Below are positions 30,682 to 42,300 of a stretch of 64,000 bases of DNA, one piece after another (the first letter of the stretch is position 1; every line of letters begins with the position of its first letter). The notes beneath the pieces are model-generated. The model saw only the letters and a list, made by a program, of their open reading frames with translations, searched no databases and was not told where the DNA came from. This DNA is from Minisyncoccota bacterium. Its GTDB lineage: Bacteria; Patescibacteriota; Microgenomatia; UBA1400; UBA12028. The translations under genes were made by a program, and so were the position numbers. The DNA lies in assembly GCA_003487265.1 (NCBI GenBank), contig DNEP01000013.1, forward strand, positions 125,736 through 189,735. The letters run 5' to 3'.

Positions 30682-32190
30682 TCATTGTCCTTTTGTATAG
30701 GTCACCACAAAAAAATGCTTATTTCCTAACGATACCTCATCAGCGTGAGAAAACGAATACCCTTTTTGGAACGCATCAAGATCAATTTCTTCATTCGGAA
30801 TACTGTTTTTATATCCAACGTGCGAGTTGCACTGTTGATCACCACATCGAACACCTTCTTCACACACATATATATAAGTTGAGACTAAAGGTATTTGCGC
30901 TGTTTGGCTTGCACTGTTCGAATTTACAGATTGATGCAAAACATATTTCCAGAGGTACATAAATGTTGATTGATAATATACGTCTCGAAACTGCTCAAGC
31001 TGTGCTGATGGTGCAGTTTTTTGGAGGTGAGATGCCAAAAGATGAACTGCTTGATAATCAACCAAGCCCCGATAGTTCGTAGCCGCTTGAACACGTAAAA
31101 CTAAATACAACAAAAACAAGGTTGGAAACACAAAAAACTTTTGAAAAATGAAATCCAGCGCCAAAGAAAGAAATGTTGAAGGAAGATAGAGCATAAACAA
31201 CAAATAATAATCAAGCTTGTCCCCTTTGTACATCCGAAGACAGATCAGAGAGATTAGAAAAAAAATCAGCAACAGCATACTTGGAGAACGCTTTGTTCTT
31301 CGAATCTCAGTTAAAAATCGAATACCAAGCAACAGTGATGAGACAAAAAATATCACCCTACCGAAAAAGTAACCACCTGTTTCTAATCCGATCGATAATT
31401 CAAAAAATCGAGGAATCTTGTTCCAAAAATACGGAATCGTGCGCACCGTTTGAAAAACTTCACCCTGATTAAGAAAAACATGTTGCATTTGCGTGAGATT
31501 TTTCGCACTCAGTTCAAGATCAAATAAAAATGGAAAAAAGGTAAGCAAAACAACTGCAAGTGAGATGAGCCATGTTTTTAGATTGCGAACATCGCGCACA
31601 ATATCCATTGTGGCAACAAATACAAGAAAAACACACAAAACCGCCCCCTGAAAATGCATATCAAACGCTCCAACAGCCGCCAATCCCCCCAAATACGCAC
31701 CCCAATGTCGTTTTTTAAACACGTACATAAACACTCCATAAAGAGACAGAAGCGAGAAAAATGGAACAAGATTCGGACTCCATGCATGACTGCCAAAAAT
31801 AATGGCAAACGGAGAGATCGCATACAGCACTCCTGCAATCTGAGCCGATCGCAGATTCCAAAACCGATAAACAAAAATAAACAACAAAACCGGAGTAAAT
31901 GACTCAATCAACACAATCAAAAATGACATCGAAAATGGGTTCCCCTGCGTCAGCATCAGTGGGACTGACATCACGTAGTAGTACAGCGGATGAACGTAAA
32001 ACTCACCCACACTTGTTTTCGGCCCCAACACAAACGGTTTTTTTGCTTGAATGTGTTCCATAATCACCGTAGCGTCTCTGGCGTGATCGTCGCCGAAAGG
32101 CATTCCATTCGAGAATTTATAAAATCGTAAAGAAAACGAGAACACGTAGAGCAACACTGCAAAAAACATCAAGGATCGAGAATGATTCAT
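30682..32190 (-). CDS. Polytopic membrane protein, GT-C-like family B paralog 2
   Basis: MPFGDDHARDATVIMEHIQAKKPFVLGPKTSVGEFYVHPLYYYVMSVPLMLTQGNP. Confidence 0.55.
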   Translation of the reverse strand: MNHSRSLMFFAVLLYVFSFSLRFYKFSNGMPFGDDHARDATVIMEHIQAKKPFVLGPKTSVGEFYVHPLYYYVMSVPLMLTQGNPFSMSFLIVLIESFTPVLLFIFVYRFWNLRSAQIAGVLYAISPFAIIFGSHAWSPNLVPFFSLLSLYGVFMYVFKKRHWGAYLGGLAAVGAFDMHFQGAVLCVFLVFVATMDIVRDVRNLKTWLISLAVVLLTFFPFLFDLELSAKNLTQMQHVFLNQGEVFQTVRTIPYFWNKIPRFFELSIGLETGGYFFGRVIFFVSSLLLGIRFLTEIRRTKRSPSMLLLIFFLISLICLRMYKGDKLDYYLLFMLYLPSTFLSLALDFIFQKFFVFPTLFLLYLVLRVQAATNYRGLVDYQAVHLLASHLQKTAPSAQLEQFRDVYYQSTFMYLWKYVLHQSVNSNSASQTAQIPLVSTYIYVCEEGVRCGDQQCNSHVGYKNSIPNEEIDLDAFQKGYSFSHADEVSLGNKHFFVVTYTKGQ

Positions 32191-33677
32191 TCTTTCTCCG
32201 GCCGAATCTTCAGTAAATACAAACCGTGTTGATTATTTGGTCGAGGAAACAACGACAGCACTTCATAATGATCAACATTTGTATCGGAAAATCTCGATTG
32301 GTTCACAATAAGATACACCGGCCGCGAGCGAGCCGAAACGCGCAGATGAAGTGGAACTTCTGCGATTGGTTGTCCTACGCCAATAATCTCAAGTTTCCCC
32401 GAATAAAAACGATCGGTAAAATACACTTTTAGTCCATCGGGAAGTGTTCCAAAATAGCCTTCGGTTGCCACAAGAATATTTGTATTTTCCTTGCTCTGTT
32501 GTATAAAAAACTCTCGAACTTCAGGAATTCCATAACCCGACGACCATTGAAAAAGATACTGATTTTTATCTTCTTTGGTTAGCGGAGTTTGTGATGGGAA
32601 AAAAACAAAAATAGAACTGAAAACAATCACATGCAGTACAAAAAGCACCCAGATTCCTCGAAGCTTTTTCCAGTATCTCTCGTACTCACACGCCGCAAGA
32701 ACTGCAGAACAGCTCAAAAGATAGACTGCGGGAAGAAAATAGCGAAAGGTGAGCACTTTTCCAATCAAGATAATTGGAAATATAAACGCAAATGCTGAGA
32801 GGAGAAAAACCGTTCGAGCGCGGTGTTTTGCAAACGCAACCACAAAACCCAATAGAGTCATATATGTCCCGAGCCAATATACAACCCGAGGCGATGAGGT
32901 AAACAAAACATATTTCCATTCACCTTGTAGTAATTCAGAAATCGTAAAAGAATAATCGGCGCTACGCGAGAAAAGACTGGGGAATACGGGAGAGATTTTA
33001 AGAATCGCAAAGATTCCACCAGAAAGGACTCCCGCTAAAATAAATATCACTCCTCGCTTCGATAAAAGCCATCGAACAAACGAGCGCATGCGACCCACAT
33101 ACGAACCGCTCATTTCTTGATGTAAGAAAAAAGCGAACACCGCATAGATTGGAATAAAAAAGAACGCCGTTGTTTTAATCCAAAGTGAAGCTGAAAATCC
33201 CAAGATAAAGAACAAAATCGAGATCATTCTTTTTCGAATAACATAATCAAGTAACCCCCACAAAGAAAAAGCGAAGGCAAGTAAAAATAAAGACTCAGCA
33301 AGTGCCATCCTCGCGTGAAAGAAAAACGCGGGAAGAAAAAGAAAAACCGCAAAAGCAATGGATTCGTGTCGTGCTTTGAGTGAAAAAACTCGAAGCGTCC
33401 TCACTGCAACACACGCGGTCAACAACGAACAGATCACAGAAAATGCGCGCGCAAACCATAACGGATCGGTTCGGAACGTCGCCACAATTGGCATCAACGC
33501 CCAAACGTGAAGGGGAGGTTTTCCATCCAACATGGAAAGAAAGAGGTAGGATTGAGGATCCCGCACCGCCGATTGAGCCCAGTGAATGTAAATCGCTTCA
33601 TCAGAAAAAATAGGTAAACCGGTAAGATTCCAGAGGGAAATGCCGAGAAAAAGTAAACTTATGAGAATCTTTTTCAT
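32187..33677 (-). CDS. ArnT/GT39-like undecaprenyl(polyprenyl)-phosphate-sugar glycosyltransferase (GT-C)
   Basis: FSDEAIYIHWAQSAVRDPQSYLFLSMLDGKPPLHVWALMPIV. DE motif plus KPPL motif characteristic of the ArnT/PMT family. Polytopic. Confidence 0.65.
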   Translation of the reverse strand: MKKILISLLFLGISLWNLTGLPIFSDEAIYIHWAQSAVRDPQSYLFLSMLDGKPPLHVWALMPIVATFRTDPLWFARAFSVICSLLTACVAVRTLRVFSLKARHESIAFAVFLFLPAFFFHARMALAESLFLLAFAFSLWGLLDYVIRKRMISILFFILGFSASLWIKTTAFFFIPIYAVFAFFLHQEMSGSYVGRMRSFVRWLLSKRGVIFILAGVLSGGIFAILKISPVFPSLFSRSADYSFTISELLQGEWKYVLFTSSPRVVYWLGTYMTLLGFVVAFAKHRARTVFLLSAFAFIFPIILIGKVLTFRYFLPAVYLLSCSAVLAACEYERYWKKLRGIWVLFVLHVIVFSSIFVFFPSQTPLTKEDKNQYLFQWSSGYGIPEVREFFIQQSKENTNILVATEGYFGTLPDGLKVYFTDRFYSGKLEIIGVGQPIAEVPLHLRVSARSRPVYLIVNQSRFSDTNVDHYEVLSLFPRPNNQHGLYLLKIRPEKE

Positions 33678-34813
33678 TTTCTCATTCTACCATGAAGCCA
33701 AGACAAAGATGTCCAGATCATAAAAATTGTGAATGTTCCACCTATCGAGATAGATTGTTGAACAAAGACCGAGGAATCGGTGTAGTTTCCTGTAAAAAAG
33801 TATGGTGCGTATCGAAACATCGAGGCGAGTCCTGCCGAAAAAAGAAGCGCGCGTACCCATCGAACATGTATCGAAGGGAGAAAACTCAGTGCCCAAATGA
33901 GATACCACGGATAAAACCATTGCGTTCGGGGATGAAGAAGAAGTAACGAAAGCATTCCCGCAGAAATTTCAGCATAGTACTGTTGAAAGAATTTTGAACG
34001 TGTGCGAAAAAGCTCAACCGGAATTATAAGAATTGTCGCGTATTTAATAAAAAGTGAAAAGAGAATCGAGATCACCCCAACAATTTTCATTCGAACGTTT
34101 TTTTGAATCAACACAACACCAAAAAACCACAAGAACATCATCCACGCATCGTTATGACCAACCGCTATTGTTTCGACAAGAACGAGGGGGTGTAATGCAA
34201 AACTCCACCAATAGTTTTCTTTTCTCTGAGTCCAGAGAAGTAACAGGAGCCCAGCAAGTGAAAACAGTTTAAATGTGAGAAGCGTCAACAAGAATTTTCC
34301 TATTCCCAACACGTATGGAATCAATGAAAACGCCGTCCACGCATATCCGTACGGGGCTGAGGTGTGCGTGTTATGCATGAATCGCGTCCATAAATCATTC
34401 GAAAATTCCAGCGCCGTGTGCGTGTGAGGGTTAACGCCGTACTGCACAACCATTCGCGCGTTAAACATGTAGTTAAAAATGTCGTGAGAAAACAAAGGAT
34501 AGCTTATTAACAAGATAAAAATTGAAAAAAACAGAGCCACACGTTTTATCTTTTCTGATGCGTGATTGAGCAATAATCCATAATCAACAAAAAGTAACGC
34601 AACAAGAACGACATAGAGCGCCGTCGCTAGGGGCCGCTGATGATATCCGATCTGCCAAAAAAACTGTTGGAACTCCATCCACACAGGATGATTAAGTATT
34701 GTGAGGTTAGGATCTGTCTGGGTAAAGCTAAAAAGAAAAAACAGAACATACACTACGCAATGAAACAAAAACAAAAAAATACTCCCATTATGATTTTTTT
34801 TCATATTTTCCAA
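33674..34813 (-). CDS. Polytopic membrane protein of unknown function (possible GT-C/DUF2029-like)
   Basis: 379 aa with about 10 TM helices. In operon with ATGA-type overlap at 33674..33677. Confidence 0.5.
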   Translation of the reverse strand: MENMKKNHNGSIFLFLFHCVVYVLFFLFSFTQTDPNLTILNHPVWMEFQQFFWQIGYHQRPLATALYVVLVALLFVDYGLLLNHASEKIKRVALFFSIFILLISYPLFSHDIFNYMFNARMVVQYGVNPHTHTALEFSNDLWTRFMHNTHTSAPYGYAWTAFSLIPYVLGIGKFLLTLLTFKLFSLAGLLLLLWTQRKENYWWSFALHPLVLVETIAVGHNDAWMMFLWFFGVVLIQKNVRMKIVGVISILFSLFIKYATILIIPVELFRTRSKFFQQYYAEISAGMLSLLLLHPRTQWFYPWYLIWALSFLPSIHVRWVRALLFSAGLASMFRYAPYFFTGNYTDSSVFVQQSISIGGTFTIFMIWTSLSWLHGRMRK

Positions 34814-35555
34814 GAAGATCTGTAACTCGAATGCGGATAAGATCGATGAACATAATAGCCGAATCTTTTATCGGATTCACCCTATCGGAAGTAACATGTT
34901 TCCAGTGTACGGGAACCTCTGCAATCTCAAAACCCAGTATCTTTGCAATATAGAGCAACTCAACATCGAACGCACCGGTGAATGGCGAGTGCGTTTTTTG
35001 CTTTGATCCATACACAATCATTTTTGGAAATAACACCTCGGTGGCGCGCGCAGAAAAAAGCTTGAATCCGCACTGTGTGTCATGAATGCCTTGAAACGCA
35101 AAAAGTTGAACAAAAAGATTAAATCCTTTTCCCATGATATGCCGATAAAAAGGCTCTTTGTCTCGACGAGAGCCCTCGACTTCTCTCGATCCAATCACAA
35201 CATCGTATCCTTTTTGAGTAAACGGAAAAAGTTTTTCTATTTCTGAAATCGGCGTTGCTTGATCAAAATCGGTAAACAATCGAACATTTCCTTTGGCGCG
35301 CAACATCCCCGCCCGAACCGTCGACGCCTTTCCACCGTGTTCGTTCTCAATAAGTACGGTGTGTTCATGTGAAGAAACAAACTTTCGCAGTTCTTCGACT
35401 GTTCCGTCCTGAGAACCATCGTCACTCAACACCACTTCCCAAGAATATGTTTGAGTTGAAAGATAGGTGTACACTTCATCAAGCACCGCTCGCCCGATAT
35501 TTTTCATCTCATTGTATGAGGGAATCACCACACTCAAAAAAACATCATTTAGCAT
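34788..35555 (-). CDS. Glycosyltransferase family 2, dolichyl/polyprenyl-phosphate beta-glucosyl/mannosyl-transferase-like
   Basis: FLSVVIPSYNEMKNIGRAV...VVLSDDGSQDGT...TDFDQATP. Soluble GT2 without TM. Confidence 0.85.
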   Translation of the reverse strand: MLNDVFLSVVIPSYNEMKNIGRAVLDEVYTYLSTQTYSWEVVLSDDGSQDGTVEELRKFVSSHEHTVLIENEHGGKASTVRAGMLRAKGNVRLFTDFDQATPISEIEKLFPFTQKGYDVVIGSREVEGSRRDKEPFYRHIMGKGFNLFVQLFAFQGIHDTQCGFKLFSARATEVLFPKMIVYGSKQKTHSPFTGAFDVELLYIAKILGFEIAEVPVHWKHVTSDRVNPIKDSAIMFIDLIRIRVTDLLGKYEKKS

Positions 35556-37071
35556 AGATATAACTCCGTATTCCCCATTGATGCGCCTGCTGATGAATTA
35601 ATTGTACATTTTTTGATTCCAAAAAGAACTGTCGGATCTCATGAATCGGCGCAGTCTCGACTTGTTCTCCATTTTCAACAATCACCACCAGATACTCAAG
35701 GTTGGTGTAGTCGTATTGTGATTGTGGGGCCTTTTTCGCATCAATATCAAAAAAGTAGCGATACTTCATTGCCATATACTCACGGTTGTCATTCAACAGC
35801 GCAATGTTGTACACCGCTCCTTCGGGAATAGAGGGGAGAACTTCGTTTGAGATTGTTTCAATTGTTGGAATTCCCGGAGAAGCTGAGTTCCATATTGAGA
35901 GTGAACGCACATTCATGAATGCAAACACGATAACAAAAAGCGAAATGATGCCCGCGATTATTTTATGTACTCGCGAAAGCGACGCAAGCAACACCCCCGT
36001 AGACAAGAAAACCGCTGGAAAAAGATACGCAAAATAATGTTCAAACATCGTATTTCGATATAACGTTAGTCCCACGATTCCCGTCGAAAGAAAAAGAAAT
36101 AAAATGTTGAGTGCATGTGACCGTTTTTTGAAAACGAGAACTGATCCATATACCGCATACGCGATAACAAGATATGTGTTAAACAATCGTTGTTGATTCG
36201 AAACGCCGAGAATTTCCACAAGTACACGCATCGACACCCCGTGAATATCTTGCGTGAACAATCGCACTCGGTTTTGCATTGAAGGTGCCCCATTTTTCAT
36301 GGATTCAGAAAACTCTACAAATCCTTTTCGAATAATACCTTCATGTCGATAATCAAAGAAGATGAGCGGAGAAATGAGCGCGAGCAAAAAGATGACGCCA
36401 ACGCCCAAACTGAGTATGAGATTTTTTCGTGCGGTTTTCTTATAGATCATTTGATAGATCCAAACAATCATTAGTGGTGCACCCGCCAACAGCGCAACAT
36501 AGTGGAACTGCGTCAGCACCGCCCCACACAAAAAAGAAGCGATCCAGTACCGCAAGCGCCCTGTTTTACTTGCCCGAAACAACGCATACACCAGCAACAA
36601 TCCAAAGAGAGGCGCAGGATTAGGTTGCCAACTAAATCGAGAAAGTTTCACCACAACAGGCGCCGTCGCGTACAACAACATCGAGATTAATGAAGCGCGA
36701 TCTCCAACCATTCTTCTGCCGAGAATATACATCAACGCAGTGGTAAGAATTCCCATTCCCGCTATCGCATACGCGGGACCCGAAGGATTTGGATACGTTA
36801 ATGCAAGTGCGGGGATCATCGCATAGTAGTACAACGGCCCAAGGAACATGTTTCCCACGCTCGTTCGAGGACCAAGCAAGGTTACATCGTGATTAATAAA
36901 AATGTTCTTGATGATATACACATCACGACCTTGATCGTCTAAAAATTCAATATGTGGAAGAAACTGATAAAGACGCACAAAACTTGCGAGCAAAAAAATA
37001 CACAGAAACGCGATGGAACGCAGGTGGCGATACGCAAAACGAAACGCACTCACGTTTTCTTTTCCCGCCAA
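35545..37071 (-). CDS. Polytopic membrane protein, GT-C-like family B paralog 3
   Basis: IEFLDDQGRDVYIIKNIFINHDVTLLGPRTSVGNMFLGPLYYYAMIPALALTYPNP. Confidence 0.55.
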   Translation of the reverse strand: MAGKENVSAFRFAYRHLRSIAFLCIFLLASFVRLYQFLPHIEFLDDQGRDVYIIKNIFINHDVTLLGPRTSVGNMFLGPLYYYAMIPALALTYPNPSGPAYAIAGMGILTTALMYILGRRMVGDRASLISMLLYATAPVVVKLSRFSWQPNPAPLFGLLLVYALFRASKTGRLRYWIASFLCGAVLTQFHYVALLAGAPLMIVWIYQMIYKKTARKNLILSLGVGVIFLLALISPLIFFDYRHEGIIRKGFVEFSESMKNGAPSMQNRVRLFTQDIHGVSMRVLVEILGVSNQQRLFNTYLVIAYAVYGSVLVFKKRSHALNILFLFLSTGIVGLTLYRNTMFEHYFAYLFPAVFLSTGVLLASLSRVHKIIAGIISLFVIVFAFMNVRSLSIWNSASPGIPTIETISNEVLPSIPEGAVYNIALLNDNREYMAMKYRYFFDIDAKKAPQSQYDYTNLEYLVVIVENGEQVETAPIHEIRQFFLESKNVQLIHQQAHQWGIRSYIYAK

Positions 37072-38258
37072 ATAATGCGACTATACACAAAATAGTTCAC
37101 CACCATCCCCACCGCCGTTGCCACGACCAACCAAAACATTCGAGAAAGTGTTTCTTGTCCTGTTAAAGAAGTTCCAAAACCTACAATCACAAACTGGATT
37201 GCAACCGCTCCAAACGAGGACAGATTAAACTGAAGGAATTTTGGAATCAAACGCAACGGATTCGTTTCTTTTCGATCTTTAAATGTCCACGCATTGTTCA
37301 AAATAAAGTTTGAAACAATCGCACACTCTGCTCCAAGCGCAGAAGATAATCCACTCACATTCACGAATGACCAACCAGTAAATGTGGCAAGGGTTGACGC
37401 AAACCCTCGAATCGCGTCTATTCTCGAAAAAATAAACAGTCCTAAAGTGTTCACTGAAAAACCAATCAGTCCAACAACACCAAACTTAAACACGCGCAAA
37501 TGAATGATTTCTTGAAAACGGGCCTGCAACACATAAATGAGTGTATTTTTCACGTACTCTGCTCCGAGTTTCGATTTGCCATATGTTCGATCAATAAAAT
37601 GAATTGGAACCTCGGAAATTGTAAATCCTGCGCGAATTGCTTTGTGCAAAAAACCAATCTGAAATGTGTATCCCGTAAATCGAGAAGATGACATCGCAAG
37701 ATGGACGGAATCGTACACACGTTTTGTGATCGCACGGAATCCCGTCGTCCAATCGCGAATGGCAAAAGAAAACATCACGATATTGATAAACAGATTTCCA
37801 ACTCCACTTAATAATTTTCGATGAACTCCCCAGTTGCTCGGAATAGATCCACCTTTCACATACCGTGATCCCAAAACCATATCAAAACCTTGATCGATTT
37901 TTTTCAAAAACTCAGGAATTTTCCTCATGTCGTGCGAAAAATCCGCGTCAAACTCGAAAACAACATCTGCTTTTAACGTGCGAAACGCAAACTCCATACC
38001 CGCGAGGTACGCGGAACCTAAACCCTCCTTTGTCGCTTTAGAAAGAAGATGCACATTTTCATATCTCGAAGCGAATGCACGCACAGTTTCACCGGTGCCG
38101 TCGGGAGAGGAATCATCAACAACGAGAACGCTCATGTTGTAATCTGAACAAGAATGAGCAAACTCCTCGCGTAGTGCGGGAATCATCTTTTTAATATTTT
38201 CTTGCTCATTATACGTTGGAATGATAACAACTACGTTCAATTTCGATGTTTTTTGCAT
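37050..38258 (-). CDS. Polyprenyl-phosphate mannose/hexose synthase, GT2 (DPM1/Ppm1-like) fused to C-terminal GtrA-like membrane domain
   Basis: VVVIIPTYNEQENIKKMIPAL...LVVDDSSPDGT...FEFDADFSHD is the DPM1 signature. C-terminal FKFGVVGLIGFSVNTLGLFIFS... makes 4 TM of GtrA type. Confidence 0.85.
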   Translation of the reverse strand: MQKTSKLNVVVIIPTYNEQENIKKMIPALREEFAHSCSDYNMSVLVVDDSSPDGTGETVRAFASRYENVHLLSKATKEGLGSAYLAGMEFAFRTLKADVVFEFDADFSHDMRKIPEFLKKIDQGFDMVLGSRYVKGGSIPSNWGVHRKLLSGVGNLFINIVMFSFAIRDWTTGFRAITKRVYDSVHLAMSSSRFTGYTFQIGFLHKAIRAGFTISEVPIHFIDRTYGKSKLGAEYVKNTLIYVLQARFQEIIHLRVFKFGVVGLIGFSVNTLGLFIFSRIDAIRGFASTLATFTGWSFVNVSGLSSALGAECAIVSNFILNNAWTFKDRKETNPLRLIPKFLQFNLSSFGAVAIQFVIVGFGTSLTGQETLSRMFWLVVATAVGMVVNYFVYSRIIWREKKT

Positions 38259-38268
38259 ATCACCTTTC

Positions 38269-39234
38269 TTATGCGTTCTTCTCTAATTCCAGTTCCGCTT
38301 TCACCATTTTCTCAACCAAATCTCTGAATGATGTTTTTGGCTTCCATCCAAGTTGCTTCATCGCTTTCGAAGCGTCGCCGATTAAATAATCCACCTCCGC
38401 CGGCCGATCGTAACGGACATCGTGTTCGTAGTACTGTTTCCAATCTTTCAGACCTGCAACATCGCATGCGATTTCCAAAAATTCTTGAACTGAATGAGAT
38501 TCGCCTGTTGCGATCACATAATCATCTGGCGTTGGCTGCTGTAACATGAGCCACATCGCTTCGACATAGTCCCCCGCATATCCCCAATCGCGTTTTGCGT
38601 TCAAGTTACCGAGTTTTACGGTTTGTTGTTTCCCATACGAAATACGTGCAACTGCATTCGCGATTTTTCTTGTGACGAACTCAAGACCTCGACGGGGAGA
38701 TTCGTGATTGAACAACATTCCCGAACACGCGTACATCCCATACGACTCTCGATAATTTACCGTGATCCAGTGTCCATACACCTTTGCAACTCCATACGGA
38801 GAACGTGGGTAAAAAGGAGTGGTTTCTTTTTGCGGTGTCTCTTGAACTTTTCCGAACATTTCCGAGCTCGAAGCTTGATAGATACGAGCGAGAGGGTGCG
38901 CGAGTCGGACCGCCTCCAACACACGCGTCACCCCTAACGCGGTAAACTCCCCCGTGAGCACAGGCTGTTCCCATGAAGCTTGAACAAAGCTCTGCGCGGC
39001 AAGATTGTACACTTCGTCGGGCTCGATTGATTTCACCGCATTTGTGATCGAATGCTGATCAATAAGATCACCACTAATCAACTCAATCTCGTGCACGATG
39101 TGTTTAATACGCTCGAAATTTTGCGTGCTCGTTCGACGAGTCAATCCAAACACCTGGTATCCTTTTGCCAACAACAGCTCGGCAAGATACGATCCATCTT
39201 GTCCTGTAATACCTGTTATGAGTGCTTTTTTCAT
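38269..39234 (-). CDS. gmd: GDP-mannose 4,6-dehydratase
   Basis: [30 protein letters not shown] is a canonical Gmd N-terminus. Start at ATG 39234 with AAAGGAG RBS 6 nt upstream. The ORF extension to 39393 is non-homologous. Confidence 0.9.
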   Translation of the reverse strand: MKKALITGITGQDGSYLAELLLAKGYQVFGLTRRTSTQNFERIKHIVHEIELISGDLIDQHSITNAVKSIEPDEVYNLAAQSFVQASWEQPVLTGEFTALGVTRVLEAVRLAHPLARIYQASSSEMFGKVQETPQKETTPFYPRSPYGVAKVYGHWITVNYRESYGMYACSGMLFNHESPRRGLEFVTRKIANAVARISYGKQQTVKLGNLNAKRDWGYAGDYVEAMWLMLQQPTPDDYVIATGESHSVQEFLEIACDVAGLKDWKQYYEHDVRYDRPAEVDYLIGDASKAMKQLGWKPKTSFRDLVEKMVKAELELEKNA

Positions 39235-39334
39235 GTGCTCCTTTATTCTATGCGTATCAACTATAATTTTTCTTTCTTTTCTATTGTAGTACGATCTTGA
39301 GTTGTTTGCGAGCGTGAGAGTTCTGTAAATGAAG

Positions 39335-42300
39335 TTAGGGGTGTGTAAGCGCCAATAATTGCGCATACTCCGACGATCGCACGATTTGTTCAATTACATC
39401 ACGATACGCATCTGCCAACTGAAGATGTGGAAGAGTTGCGCCAACATATCCTGCAGTTCCCACAGGATTTGAGGTTCGCGATCTCACCGTATGATCCAAC
39501 TCAACAAGCATTGAACTTAATGTGGTGACAATCTTCTCAAGTTGCCTTTCTTGCAGCGCATCTCCAATATCTTCTGGAACTGTGTATCTCAAAGTATCTG
39601 TAGTACCTTTTAATTCACGCTCTATCTCCTCTTTCGGAAAAATCGAGTTGCCGGATTTCTCAAGCACATGTAAAAATGCCAGGAGCACAGAAGTTGCAGC
39701 TTGATCTTCCAATATGAGTGCATCAAAAGAAAAGGACAATGTATCTTTCATATCTGGAAGTATTTTGTTGTTGCTCAACTCATCACAACGGTTTCGAATA
39801 AAATCAACCGTTGAACGCCAAACAATAGCGGAAAAATCATCTTTCATTTGGAAAAAAGATAAATTTTTCTCTGGCGTGGTGTTTGCGAATTTGTCTAGTT
39901 CGGAAAAAACGGCGGTAAGCCAACGCTTCATTTCCTCTTGAAACTTCTCAAGATTATGAAGATGTGTTTGGACTTTTTCTTCCTCTGACAAACTTGAAAG
40001 TATTGGTTTATGTGTTGAAAATGTGAAAATGTACTTCATCCATGGAATTTGAAGTAGCGATTCGGTAATCGCAGATTTTGAGTTCAGCCCAGTCGGCGTT
40101 CGCGCATCATTTTTCGCTTTTTCTACAAGATGTGAGTAAATTTGATCAACATGTAATCGTAAAATGTATTTTATCTGCTCAATACTTGCCGTCATATATT
40201 CTTGTTGTTGAGCGGTATTCTCTGCTGAATATTCTTTGATTTTTTTCAAAAAGAACCTATACAGCAACTGTCCTTTAAACTCATCCTCTGTTTTCAAAAC
40301 ATGAAAAAGCAAAAGTCGATCTTCAGGTGAACCGATAAACATCGCATGAATCATCTCAGCGATTTCGGCTTCATTTAACCTTTTATTAGTTTTGTTTTCC
40401 CACACTTCACGCGAAAGAGTGTAAAGTCGTCTGCGGACAATTTCCTGTGGTTTTGTCATTTCAAGTAACGAACGCATTTGCTGTACTTCTTCATCCGCAT
40501 GAGCATCCCAATCTCTTTCGATCATGCTCCATAAAGATGCGAAGTTTTCTGATTCTAATGCATTCGAATACGCTCGATTTTTATATGAAGAAAGCTCGTC
40601 TGATTGAACTGAGAGAAGATACATCCATTCTGCCGGCATTCCATTTCGAAAAACACGTCCAAGAATCTGTTCGAAATCTCGGCGAGATTGTGGAAGATCG
40701 AGCATAACCAGAAGTGCGCCGTTCGTGTTCAACAACTCTTGCGTTTGCCCAAACCACGACTGCATCTCTAAGAAATGTTCATCATTTGTAAAAACATCTC
40801 GCGCGAGTTGAAAAATGACGTGTGGAGGCAGTTCATTTTCAATAACATCCAACTGAAGCGTTTCTTGACAATACAGTCTCATTTTAGAAAGGAGAGACAT
40901 ACAGTTTGTTGGAAACGCCCGAACCAAGTCCACACCCCGTCCCATAACGGGTGTTCCCATTGTGATAAAATCTGGATTTGTTGCTTGCGTATATCTTTCC
41001 CGTTCCAATTTTTGCACAATTGTGCGCGAATTCACAACTTGAACTGTTGAGTTGAGAAACACATTGGGATTGTCCTTCTTTAATTCTTCAAGCATCTGAA
41101 GCTCATCAGTTGAACAAATAAAAATAATGGGTCGACGCGATCCATCTGAAAAACTCGACTGCGTTTGAATGATTTCTAAAATCCGTTTTTTCTTTGCTTC
41201 CGAATTCTGCAAAAAATATTCTTTTGGATTGTCTTTTGGAAGTGCAAAACAAACCGTAGGTTCAGTTGTATCGTTCATTGTAAACAAAAGACGATTCCTA
41301 TTTTCGTCAAACATAAAATGCTGTGGATATTGCGCTGGAAGCAACATCATTCTACGAAGAAACGACCTCGAAAATACATGATACTCATCAAGCAAAAATT
41401 GTTCCAACCCTTTCACGGTTCCTGTCGTTCCAGTAAACAAGACCGGTTTTTTGAGCATGTTTAGCGCATTTATTTCGTTGATCTGCGGACGTTCATCTAC
41501 AAGCACATAACTCATATCATGCTTTACCCGCAACGCAAGTTCTTGAAGAAACTCAAAGTTAACTTCCAATCTCGGACGACCCGTTTCATCGAGTGGAATA
41601 ATCTCCATATCGGTGCGCATGTACGCTTTGTTTTCTTTGAGAATGTACGCATTTAATGTTGTTTGAATAGCAACATTGTATCGAGAGATCGTTTGAAGAA
41701 ACAGGCGAATGGGCTCAGAAATTGGAGAGTTCATAAACAACGGTTCTTCCGAAAGTTGCAGAAAAAAATCGAACAGTTGGCTGGGATGAGAAAAATCGAG
41801 TTCACGTACGAGTTTTTCAACGGTCATGGGAAACAACACTTGAAATGTTTCCCTGTTTTTTCTTTGCTTCCGATATGATTTCACCGAATACGCTGCGCTT
41901 TCTTGACGCAGAAGTGACGCGAGCGCGTTGTGCATACCCTGAATCAATCCAAGTTTCTCAACAAGAATATCTTTTCCTGAATCTTGAAGGTAGAGATGTT
42001 CGTCATCGGGTTGTTCTTGATCATCTTGGAAATCACCTTTGTGAAAATTTTTGTTGAGCAAAAAAAGATTTGCCTGACCACCCTCTTCTTGCCTACACAC
42101 CGCGATTGTTTCTTGTATCACCTTTACAATGTTTTTTTTGTCTTGAAATGCGAGTTTTTCGCCCGCGATGATATAGCTCGTGTTTAGAGATTCAAGTAGT
42201 AACGCATCGAGTTCATCTGCCACAATAGAAAAAAGGTCAACGCCTTTTCGCCGATACTCCGATCGAAGCATTTGATGTGCTAGTGAACCGAGTGAAGAAT

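Noticed and set aside
38269-39393. Long 374-aa version of gmd
   Set aside because: Conserved Gmd N-terminus begins at MKKALITG (ATG 39234) with a strong AAAGGAG RBS. The upstream extension is non-homologous.
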